DNA from: a bacterium
GTDB taxonomy: Bacteria; Arandabacterota; Arandabacteria; Arandabacterales; JALGWA01
DNA length: 12,901 bases
Assembly (NCBI GenBank): GCA_050125095.1
Contig: JASFEA010000090.1
Span: forward strand, 1 to 12,901
Reading direction: 5' to 3'
Notes under the pieces: model-generated
The model's database searches: none
Seen by the model: the letters and a program-made list of their open reading frames with translations, nothing else
What the model was told of the DNA's origin: nothing
Part shown: positions 1 to 7,629 of the stretch, in pieces
How the letters are laid out: each line of letters starts with the position of its first letter
How positions within the stretch are numbered: position 1 is the first letter of the stretch
Position numbers and translations under genes: made by a program

Positions 1-897
1 GCCATCGGACTCGAAGCGCCAGCGGAACCTCGGACCGGCGGTGTAGCTGTAGTCGCCGGGGTCGATCTCGGCCTTGAAGGCCGGCTCGCCGCCGACGCTG
101 CGCGTCTGCCAGTTACAGTTCACCAGACGGTTCGTGTCCGTGTTGCCCCAGTAGTCCGGATTGCCGCCGCCGGGAGTACCGCACTCTGAGCCAGGGTTGT
201 TACTCGTGGCATTGAAGAGCCCGATCTCCACCCACTGAGAGCCGTCGTACATCTCCAGGAAGAAGTAGTCGTACTTGCACTCAGTGTCGTAGCGGGGGTC
301 GAAGTAAACCGTACAACCGTTCGCCACGTCAAATGTGCCCGGAAGTTCGAGCTCGGCGATACAGTTCCACTGATCTCCGTAACCCGGCGGATTGATCCAG
401 GTACCACACTCTACGGGAATGCCCTGCCACAGAGTGTCGGACCCGCACCACAGAGCAGAGTCGCCGCAGTAGCTCCTCTGATCGGTCCTGTACGTGTCCA
501 TGTGCCAGTAGTTGACACCCGTCTGCGAAGGCAGCGCGCGGACGTCATGATGGGAGATACAGCCCGGAATATCGTCCCACGGCGGGTTAGTGCCGCAGGA
601 ATCGCCGTAGGGCCAGTTCCCCTCAAAGCACCACGTCTCGCTGCCGTCGGGGCCACCGATGGCCTCACCGCCGTGACCGCCAAGCGGGTCACCGGGGCAG
701 TAGGTCTCGTTTGTGTGTATCTGGACCCAGGTCGTGTCGCCGGCCTGTAAGATCATAAAAGGTCCAGCTGCAGGTAGCCTGCCGACCGCATAGTCAGGCG
801 GCGGTACCGAACGCACCGGCTCCTTCATGGCGAAGGCAGCAAAGGCCGTCAGCAGTACCAGGGCCACCGCTAATGTTACTACTCCAAATCGCATCAT
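1..897 (-). CDS. Secreted Cys-rich protein, paralog of 1361..4597 (3'-truncated by window edge)
   Basis: Manual translation from ATG at 897 (GGAGG at 910-906, 8-nt spacer) is open for 299 codons to base 1: MMRFGVVTLAVALVLLTAFAAFA-MKEPVRSVPPPDYAVGRLP...QAGDTTWVQIHTNETYCPGDP...FDPRYDTECKYDYF...PRFRWRFESDG. Signal peptide ending A-F-A; aligns nearly colinearly with the N-terminus of the neighbouring gene. Absent from the ORF track because no stop lies in the window. Confidence 0.95.
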   Translation of the reverse strand, partial: MMRFGVVTLAVALVLLTAFAAFAMKEPVRSVPPPDYAVGRLPAAGPFMILQAGDTTWVQIHTNETYCPGDPLGGHGGEAIGGPDGSETWCFEGNWPYGDSCGTNPPWDDIPGCISHHDVRALPSQTGVNYWHMDTYRTDQRSYCGDSALWCGSDTLWQGIPVECGTWINPPGYGDQWNCIAELELPGTFDVANGCTVYFDPRYDTECKYDYFFLEMYDGSQWVEIGLFNATSNNPGSECGTPGGGNPDYWGNTDTNRLVNCNWQTRSVGGEPAFKAEIDPGDYSYTAGPRFRWRFESDG

Positions 898-905
898 GGT
901 CTTCC

Positions 906-1017
906 CCTCCGATGCAATGCAAATTACCTACCGGCAACGTGCCGGCAGATTAAGCCTTTAGGGAATTCACTTGTTGTCGGACAGGTTGAATCCCGTGCGG
1001 CAAACGGGAATCGGAGG
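906..1017 (-). ncRNA. Candidate structured 5'-leader RNA, copy 1
   Basis: Closing helix CCUCCGAU (1017-1010)/AUCGGAGG (913-906, contains the SD); hairpin UCCCGU-UUGCCGC-ACGGGA (1009-991); block CCUGUCCGACA (985-975); 11-bp hairpin AUCUGCCGGCA/UGCCGGUAGGU (950-926). Same blocks and order as 4611..4724. Confidence 0.6.
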
Positions 1018-1083
1018 TAAAACGTAATTAAGCTAAGTCGGCATCACCCCCTTCACTTGAAGCTGAAAAAGTCCAGCCTATGG

Positions 1084-1112
1084 AATATACCCATTAAAAC
1101 AAGAACAGCTAA
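1084..1112 (-). promoter_or_regulatory. Putative promoter of the 1..897 gene
   Basis: TTAGCT-N17-TATATT, spacer ending TGGG; same pattern at 4820..4848. Confidence 0.4.
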
Positions 1113-1283
1113 CCCTTTTTCTTGCTTTGCGCAACCCCGAATTTTGGGAAAGTTCTCAAAATGAGATATCAGGCATGATTAAGGAGGCCTTAAATGCCCG
1201 GGTGGGGCAGAGAGCCAGAGGGGGAAACGCATTCACGGCAGGAAACAGCCGCCCAGAGTGCCCGCCGGCGAAGAACCGCCGGT

Positions 1284-1318
1284 ACAAAATAGGGGGAGAG
1301 CCAAAGGGCCCTCCCCCT
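1284..1318 (-). terminator. Rho-independent terminator of 1361..4597
   Basis: 12-bp stem AGGGGGAGGGCC/GGCTCTCCCCCT (one G-U), loop CTTT, tail ATTTTGT, about 40 nt after the stop codon. Confidence 0.8.
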
Positions 1319-1360
1319 CTTCGCAGTGGCAATGCTGCAACAACCGCCTCACGATCAATG

Positions 1361-4300
1361 CTACTTCAGAATCAGCATCTTCTTCGTGGCGTTGAAATTG
1401 CCGGCGTTCATCTTGTAGAAATAGACTCCACTGGAAACCCGTTCGCCAGCCAGGTTTTTGCCGTCCCAGTTCGCCGCATAGCGGCCCGGTTCGACCCGGC
1501 CGTCTACAAGTGTAGTCACAAGCTGACCCATGGCGTTGTAAACTTTGATGTTCACATCCGCGGCGCGGGCCACCTCATACCGGATCTCAGTCACTCCGGC
1601 AACGGGATTCGGAGCGTTCTGATGAAGCGCCCACTGGAATTGCGCCTGTTTGGGAATATCACTGGTGCCACCCGTACCGGAACCCTGCGAAGGCAGACCG
1701 AATATGTCCTCCAGAATCGTGAGGATCAGATCTACCCTGCCCTCATAGGCACCGGGAGCGAATGACTGGTATCCCAGCGGCGCATTGCCCGTGCAATATT
1801 GATACGTGTGGTTTATCGACGCACATAAGTCAAAATTGACATACGCGCATTGACCCGTGCCCTGGTACTCGACATAAACCCCCATGTCCGCCTGGGCGAC
1901 ATCAGGATTTAGTACCGTCAGAAGCGGCTGCGCCGTGTATCCTGCCGGCGGGTTGACTTCTGTCTTGATCCAGCTCATGTCCTTGAGATAAGGACATTCC
2001 CTGTAAACAAGCATGGTGTCCAGGTCCAATGAAGTCGGAGTGCCAAACACGTTGACCGACGCAGCGCCTTCAGCATAGATGTAAGGCTTGTTGAACGCTG
2101 ACGGCATCTCATCAATGTAGTCGGTCCCCATGATGCCGCTCAAGAATTCTCCGCCAAGAGAATCCTCACCCACGCCGCCCTCGCTCTCCGGGGCCGCGCT
2201 ATAAGCCACCCGGTCGCCGCACAGAATCACCTTGCCGCCGCCGGCCAGATAATTGCGCATCTCTCTCTGGGCCTCGGCGTCGAATATGTCATTCGAGAAA
2301 TACGGCCCCGAGAACCACACAACGGCGTCGTAGTCGGTATTCCAGGTGCAGAGATAATGGATGTGGACGTTGGTTCCCGCTCCGGCGACGTCGAATTTGT
2401 CGTAGCAGTATCCCGCATCCGCCAGGGTGCGCTCGTAGATGTCCTCAAGAGGCTCGATATTATCCGCGGCGGCGAAGCACTGCGAATAATCGTAGTTCCG
2501 CCTCCCGTAGCCGTCCACAAGGAGTATTTTCACCCCGCTGTATTCCTCCGGGTAACGCGGCAGGATGTCGAATGTGTAGTAGTCCTCCGCGCGCCCCGTG
2601 TGATCCGGATCCGATGGATCCGCCTCATTGGGGAAGTACTCCTCATTGCTCAGGCCGTCAGTGCACTTCGCGTAATACCAGACCTGGGTGCCGCGCGCCC
2701 ACTCGCTCTCGCCGAAATCGTCCGGGCATAGCGTGCCCGTGTACTCTCCGCCGAGCGCCGGGTTGTGCGGGTCGAACGCCTGGAACAGATCCATTTCAAC
2801 CGACACCCAGGTGGCGCCCTCATCGATGCTGCCGATCAGTTCTACCGTGCTGACCTCATCCTTGTCGGTGACGTCTATGGTGAACGTGTTGAGCACCGGT
2901 ATCGAGTGCGCGCCGCCCGTGTAGTAGTTGATAGTATCGGGATCATAAGCGTCGAAATTCGAGTTGTACCCGCAGATACCCGGGAAGAACGAATCGCTCA
3001 GCAGGTCCGTGACCGTTACCTGGAACACGGTTGCATCTCCGTCGAAGAAACCGATGGAGACATTATCGATGATGTTCTCCGTGCCCCTATGCTTGCCGCG
3101 GCAGAACTGCCCCAGCGCGGAGTAGTCCTTAATGTCAAACGCGAATTGCATCGAATCGTGGACACCGCTGTAGAAGGGCGTAACATCGTCCTCGAAGTCG
3201 AAATTCCAGAAGAAGCAGCCGGACACCAGGTTGGTCTCGTCGATATCTATCCACGGGCACCACTGATCGTTCACGGCGTCACGGAACCGCACCATCGTGT
3301 TCGTGGCGTCGCAGGTTATATCCGGAGCGCACATGAACTGATCGTACTGAACGACGCACCCGGTGTTGAGCAAGGGCATCGTCGGAGCAAGCAGCCTGTA
3401 GAACCAACCGTTTCTCCAGGGCACCCCGACAGGATAGCCGCCTTCCGGCCTGGCTCTCCAGACTATGGACGAGTCCAGCGTGCATGTGGTTCGATCTCCC
3501 CCGTCACCTCCTTCGTACGGCGCGTCCGGGTCGTGGACCATATGCCACTGGTCTATTACGCCGTCCGGATCGGGGAAGCTCCAGTAGGAATCGAGACCCG
3601 TCTCGAAGTCCATGGTGTAGGTCTCGTCGTCTCCGACCACAACGACGTTATCGATAAATGCCGCCCCGTCACTGTTGCCGCTTCCGTCGGCATCGCTCCA
3701 GCCGCCATCCGACTTGAAGCGCCAGCGGAATCTGGGTGCCGTCGTTACGCCCAGCTCACCGGGATCGATGAAGGCGTGGAACGCCGGAATTCCGGAAATC
3801 GCTCTGGTCTGCCAGTTGCAGTTCAACAACCTGCTGGTGTCGGTATTGCCCCAGTAGTCGGGGTTCCCGCCACCCGGCTGGCCGCATTCCGCCCCGGGGT
3901 TGTTGCTGGTAGCGTTGAACTGCGCCAGCGACTGCCATTGAGTTCCGTCATGGTACTCGACATAGAAATAGTCGTACTTACATTCGGTGTCGTACCTCGG
4001 GTCAAACATAAGACTACACCCGCTGGCAACATCGAATGTCCCCGGAAGCTGCAGTTCGACAACGCAGTGCCAGTAGCTGCCGTACCCGGGGGGGTTGACC
4101 CATGTTCCACACTCGGTCGGCATACCGTTCCACATGCTGTCGGCTCCGCACCAGAGCGCCGAGTCGCCGCAATAGGACCTCTGGTCCGTTCTGTGGTCGC
4201 TGACATGCCAGTAGTTGATTCCCACTTCAGACGGCTGTGCCCACACGTCCACATGTCTGAAGCAGCGGGTGTCCCAGGGCGCATACGTGCCGCAAGAGTC

Positions 4301-4597
4301 GCCGTAAGGCCAGTTGCTCTCGAAACACCATGTCTCGCTGCCCACGGGACCGCCCTCGGCCTCGCCTCCATGACCGTCGAAAGGATCGCCCGGGCAGTAT
4401 GAGTCACTTGTATGCACCTGTACCCAGGTGGTGTCTCCTGCTTGAAGAATCACGAAAGGTTCAGCCATAGGTAAACGGCCGACTGCATAGTCTGGCGGCG
4501 GTACGGGCTTCGTGGGCTCCCTATATGCCAGGGACTCTGTTGCCAAGCCGCTGAGGATCATCCCCGTTGCCACCAGTAACGCAAATGCTAACTTCAT
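1361..4597 (-). CDS. Large secreted Cys-rich multidomain protein (two MAM/jelly-roll-like modules, GATase1-like fold segment, FlgD Ig-like/T9SS-type C-terminal domain), 1078 aa
   Basis: Start moved to ATG at 4597 (GGAGGTG 4610-4604, 6-nt spacer), giving signal peptide MKLAFALLVATGMILSGLATESLA. YDTECKYDYFYVE...RFRWRFKSDG...FIDNV resembles InhA-type MAM-like modules; KILLVDG...YDAVVWFSG...YLAGGGKVILCGD resembles a class-I GATase-like fold; tail QNAPNP...VYNAMGQLV...WDGKN..G..VSSGVYFYKM...TKKMLILK. Domain names are from motif recognition only. Confidence 0.9.
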   Translation of the reverse strand: MKLAFALLVATGMILSGLATESLAYREPTKPVPPPDYAVGRLPMAEPFVILQAGDTTWVQVHTSDSYCPGDPFDGHGGEAEGGPVGSETWCFESNWPYGDSCGTYAPWDTRCFRHVDVWAQPSEVGINYWHVSDHRTDQRSYCGDSALWCGADSMWNGMPTECGTWVNPPGYGSYWHCVVELQLPGTFDVASGCSLMFDPRYDTECKYDYFYVEYHDGTQWQSLAQFNATSNNPGAECGQPGGGNPDYWGNTDTSRLLNCNWQTRAISGIPAFHAFIDPGELGVTTAPRFRWRFKSDGGWSDADGSGNSDGAAFIDNVVVVGDDETYTMDFETGLDSYWSFPDPDGVIDQWHMVHDPDAPYEGGDGGDRTTCTLDSSIVWRARPEGGYPVGVPWRNGWFYRLLAPTMPLLNTGCVVQYDQFMCAPDITCDATNTMVRFRDAVNDQWCPWIDIDETNLVSGCFFWNFDFEDDVTPFYSGVHDSMQFAFDIKDYSALGQFCRGKHRGTENIIDNVSIGFFDGDATVFQVTVTDLLSDSFFPGICGYNSNFDAYDPDTINYYTGGAHSIPVLNTFTIDVTDKDEVSTVELIGSIDEGATWVSVEMDLFQAFDPHNPALGGEYTGTLCPDDFGESEWARGTQVWYYAKCTDGLSNEEYFPNEADPSDPDHTGRAEDYYTFDILPRYPEEYSGVKILLVDGYGRRNYDYSQCFAAADNIEPLEDIYERTLADAGYCYDKFDVAGAGTNVHIHYLCTWNTDYDAVVWFSGPYFSNDIFDAEAQREMRNYLAGGGKVILCGDRVAYSAAPESEGGVGEDSLGGEFLSGIMGTDYIDEMPSAFNKPYIYAEGAASVNVFGTPTSLDLDTMLVYRECPYLKDMSWIKTEVNPPAGYTAQPLLTVLNPDVAQADMGVYVEYQGTGQCAYVNFDLCASINHTYQYCTGNAPLGYQSFAPGAYEGRVDLILTILEDIFGLPSQGSGTGGTSDIPKQAQFQWALHQNAPNPVAGVTEIRYEVARAADVNIKVYNAMGQLVTTLVDGRVEPGRYAANWDGKNLAGERVSSGVYFYKMNAGNFNATKKMLILK

Positions 4598-4610
4598 TAA
4601 TTTCACCTCC

Positions 4611-4724
4611 AGTACGTCGGGCTGCCGCGCGCCGGAGGCCCGGCATGCGGTCTTGCCCACAGGGGAAGCCAAAGGTGTCGGACAGGCTGTCTTTCCCCCC
4701 TCCGTGGCAAACGGGAGACGTACT
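4611..4724 (-). ncRNA. Candidate structured 5'-leader RNA, copy 2
   Basis: Closing helix AGUACGUC (4724-4717)/GACGUACU (4618-4611), directly followed by SD GGAGGUG; hairpin CCGU-UUGCC-ACGG (4714-4702); block CCUGUCCGACA (4686-4676); hairpin CCGCAUGCCGG/CCGGCGCGCGG (4650-4625). Confidence 0.6.
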
Positions 4725-4819
4725 AAACAACACGGAAATCAGTCTATATACATGCCTCCTTTCACTCAGTATTCCGTAAGCGATATTGACTGCAATCGTC
4801 CCAACCCTGTCCCCAAGCC

Positions 4820-4848
4820 ACTATACCCAACTTCCGAGAAACCGCTAG
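4820..4848 (-). promoter_or_regulatory. Putative promoter of 1361..4597
   Basis: CTAGCG-N17-TATAGT, spacer ending TGGG, just downstream of the upstream gene's terminator; matches 1084..1112. Confidence 0.4.
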
Positions 4849-4864
4849 GGGCGCGTGAAGACAT

Positions 4865-4894
4865 ACAGAAAGGGGCACCCCTGAAGGATGCCCC
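4865..4894 (-). terminator. Rho-independent terminator of the C1A peptidase gene
   Basis: Stem GGGGCATCC/GGGTGCCCC, loop TTCAG, tail TTTCTGT, about 33 nt after the stop codon. Confidence 0.75.
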
Positions 4895-4927
4895 CATTTC
4901 TTCCCCTTACGAATCCCGGCCGGCGCT

Positions 4928-7411
4928 CTATCTGGCCAGCATTACCTTGGCCGTCTTTACTGCTCCCCCCGCATCCAGCCTCACGAAGTAGATGCCGGGT
5001 GAGACCCTGCCGCTAGCCGCAGACCTGCCGTCCCACACGACCGAATGATACCCCGCGTCCACCGGCGCGCTGATCAGCTCCTTCACAACACGGCCGCGCG
5101 TATCGAAGACTTTCACCTCGACCGCCATGGCACGGGGCACTCCGAAAAATATATGTGTAGAGCCGGAGAATGGATTCTTCTCGCTGCCGACAAGAACGAC
5201 ATCGTCGGGTATATTGACCTCCTCGTCCCTTTCCACCCCCGCGACATCCTGAACAATCGAAAACGGCGAGTCGCTTTCGTCGAAAACGGCATTATAGCCG
5301 CGGTCAAGGACCTCAATGCCTATCATGCACTCCGCGTGTTCGCCCGCCGGAATGTGCCAGGCGAGGGAGGTGTCGAAACCCGTTGCAACGCCCAGCGTGT
5401 CATCATAGGTCAGGCCGCCGTCGTAGGATGCCATCACGACCACCTCTCTCAGGCCATAGTCATCGGCCGCGACCCACTCGACATCCACCTGCGTGTCCTC
5501 CGTCAGTACCTCACCGCCGTTTGGATAGACAATCTCGACATATGGCGGCAGGACGTCCACCGACGCCGGGCAGCCCGTGATCTCGAAATCATCAACAGCC
5601 GCTTCCACGGTTGATTCGCTTCCGTAATCGCTCGCGACGAAGCGCAGCACCACCTCGTCGCTCAGGGGGACGTACCGGGCAAGATCGAATTCAGATTCGC
5701 GCCATTCCCTGTGGCTTTCCGTCTGGGTCTCCAGGTTGGTCCACGTGGTCCCCCCGTCGCCCGACACGTCCACTATCCATACGTCATCGGCGGCCGAATC
5801 ACCCGTGTCGCATGTATACCACTTCCAGTACCTCGCCATGGCGGACGCCCTGTCCGAGAGGTCGAATACAGGCGTCATCAGAGTGCGCTTACCGCCGTCC
5901 ACGTCGGCCATGTCAGGGCCGAAAGAGCGATTGGTGTTCGCCGTCACAAAAGACAAGACCATGGCGCCGGGGCTGTGGTCCCGCTCGGCCTGCACCAGAA
6001 CCGCATCGTTGGTTATGCTTCCCCGGGGGTTCTTTCTCACCCATGCCCCGGCAGTAGCATCGTCGTCCGGCGCCCCGCGGGTCCAGCCCATGTCCGCCTC
6101 AGCATCGTCCACAAAAACCGTTTCCACCGCGTCGCCGATATCGAGGCAGCAGTCGTCCGAAAACGCCCCCTGGTCGCATTCTATCGACAGAGTGAAGTGC
6201 GCCCTTGTACCGCAGGTTACCGCCGGGTCGACATGCACGGAGTAATGCGGCGGATCGGATTCCACGACGCCGTCCCCCGGGACGTCCGGGAAAGTCGTCG
6301 AACCCGCAAGGAGAACCTGCACGCCCGGCGTCATGCTCATCAGCGTGGCCGTCACATTGGTCGCGGTGACCCATCGCTGGTTGACAAGGCTCACTCTCAT
6401 CACAACCGTCTCTCCGGGCTCCGCGGCACCGTCACCGTCACCGGCCGAGTCATCAATCACACAGTTCTCGTAGGCGAGCTCTGTCCTCTGCCTGGGGGTG
6501 TAATACGTTACACAGGCCGCGAACCCGATGTCGGCGGTCCCGTACTTCATCCACGCATAGCCGTTCTCGCCCCAGTATGTTCCCCATGAGTTCTTTATGT
6601 GCCAGGCGCCGTCCCCGCCGCACATATCATCGTCCCAGCCCACGATCAGGACGCCATGGTTTATGTTGCCGTGCTGAGAGGTCTCGTAGCAACCGCCGTT
6701 GTAATAGTTGAAATCACTATAGACCGACATGCCGACCGCGACAGGCCCGTAGGTCATGACATGTTGTTTGATGCTGGCGACGCTTGTGTCGATGAATTCG
6801 TAGTCACCGAGATAGGTGACCACGTCACAGGTGTCCCCGTCGCAGTTGCCGTCAACGCCGTTCCTGTAGCGGTAACACACCTGCGTAACCGCCCCGACGG
6901 CCTCGTACATATCGTAGACGTCTTCCCACCAGCCTCCATCACAACTTGATGACCCGAAGTTGCAGTCGATGGCCTGCTGCACGGAAAGCCGCGTAGCGTC
7001 ATCGTCGTAGATCAGGAGCTGCGATTCCATGGCGGCGACTGAACACTGGGCCCAGCAGTCACCGCAGAGCTGGCGCCTTACAGGCGACACCGCGGCCGAA
7101 TCGGTCCAGTCGAAACGCGAGGGCAGGTCCATCGGCGCCCTCAAAATCGGCGCGCTCTCAAGCTCCTGGAGTATCTCGTAATAGTACTCGGGGACCTCCA
7201 GGCCGAGGAGATTCAGGCGCTCCTCCTCGGGAAGGTCCGAAATCGCATTGTGTCCGGCCACCCAGGAGTACCCGTTATCCTCTATCAGCCGCTGCACTTC
7301 CTCCAGCTCCGCCTGGCGCCGGCTGGCGTCTGCACGGGCAAGACCGGCCGACATGGCCACAAGGGCGATCACAAGAACGGTGGCCGTCATGTATCTGGTC
7401 AGGTGTTTCAT
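4928..7411 (-). CDS. Secreted papain-family (C1A) cysteine peptidase with propeptide, accessory beta-domains and FlgD Ig-like/T9SS-type tail, 827 aa
   Basis: Start ATG at 7411 (AAGGGAG upstream); signal peptide; LPSRFDW mature start; QLCGDCWA (catalytic Cys), LSVQQAIDC, CDGGW, NHGVLIVGW (His), WHIKNSWGTYWGENGY (Asn); then GDGDGAAEPGETV module, MAM-like module, YPNGGE module, tail FDTRGRVV...WDGRS...SPGIYFVRL...AKVMLAR. Confidence 0.93.
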   Translation of the reverse strand: MKHLTRYMTATVLVIALVAMSAGLARADASRRQAELEEVQRLIEDNGYSWVAGHNAISDLPEEERLNLLGLEVPEYYYEILQELESAPILRAPMDLPSRFDWTDSAAVSPVRRQLCGDCWAQCSVAAMESQLLIYDDDATRLSVQQAIDCNFGSSSCDGGWWEDVYDMYEAVGAVTQVCYRYRNGVDGNCDGDTCDVVTYLGDYEFIDTSVASIKQHVMTYGPVAVGMSVYSDFNYYNGGCYETSQHGNINHGVLIVGWDDDMCGGDGAWHIKNSWGTYWGENGYAWMKYGTADIGFAACVTYYTPRQRTELAYENCVIDDSAGDGDGAAEPGETVVMRVSLVNQRWVTATNVTATLMSMTPGVQVLLAGSTTFPDVPGDGVVESDPPHYSVHVDPAVTCGTRAHFTLSIECDQGAFSDDCCLDIGDAVETVFVDDAEADMGWTRGAPDDDATAGAWVRKNPRGSITNDAVLVQAERDHSPGAMVLSFVTANTNRSFGPDMADVDGGKRTLMTPVFDLSDRASAMARYWKWYTCDTGDSAADDVWIVDVSGDGGTTWTNLETQTESHREWRESEFDLARYVPLSDEVVLRFVASDYGSESTVEAAVDDFEITGCPASVDVLPPYVEIVYPNGGEVLTEDTQVDVEWVAADDYGLREVVVMASYDGGLTYDDTLGVATGFDTSLAWHIPAGEHAECMIGIEVLDRGYNAVFDESDSPFSIVQDVAGVERDEEVNIPDDVVLVGSEKNPFSGSTHIFFGVPRAMAVEVKVFDTRGRVVKELISAPVDAGYHSVVWDGRSAASGRVSPGIYFVRLDAGGAVKTAKVMLAR

Positions 7412-7473
7412 TATCGCTCCCTTCGTAGGACGGGCCTGGACCGCAGGCCGCAGTCTTCCATAATCCAATTACA

Positions 7474-7482
7474 ATTATAACA
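7474..7482 (-). promoter_or_regulatory. Extended -10 sigma70-type promoter of the peptidase gene
   Basis: TGtTATAAT, a perfect TGnTATAAT, about 63 nt upstream of the ATG in an AT-rich intergenic region. Confidence 0.6.
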
Positions 7483-7629
7483 CTTCCAGGCGGCTAACTA
7501 AACCGCCCATAGCCGCACTATTTTGATTCGCCGGCACGGTCCAGGTCGCGGCGCAATACAAATAACCCGCCATAAGAATCTCTAATCGCACAGATTATGC
7601 AAATATAAAGAAGATAATACAAAAATAGG

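Noticed and set aside
120-750. Short ORFs 120..407, 411..692 and 502..750
   Set aside because: Alternative frames over the real 1..897 paralog CDS.
926-950. Sigma54-like GGCACG-TTGC, or an intrinsic terminator
   Set aside because: GG-N10-GC spacing is not met and the hairpin has only a weak AAUUUG tail; better explained as P4 of the leader.
2765-4402. 545-aa plus-strand ORF
   Set aside because: Antisense shadow of the well-supported minus-strand gene; expected with GC-rich codon bias and has no recognisable motifs.
4598-4672. N-terminal extensions in the ORF track (starts at 4672, 7468, 9752)
   Set aside because: Downstream ATGs (4597, 7411, 9710) have SDs at proper spacing, and the first two give clean signal peptides; the 4672 extension overlaps the structured leader.
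4706-4720. GGCAAAC...GACG resembling the c-di-GMP-I riboswitch
   Set aside because: It is on the strand opposite the genes and lacks the GAAA tetraloop stem and GCAAAG junction.
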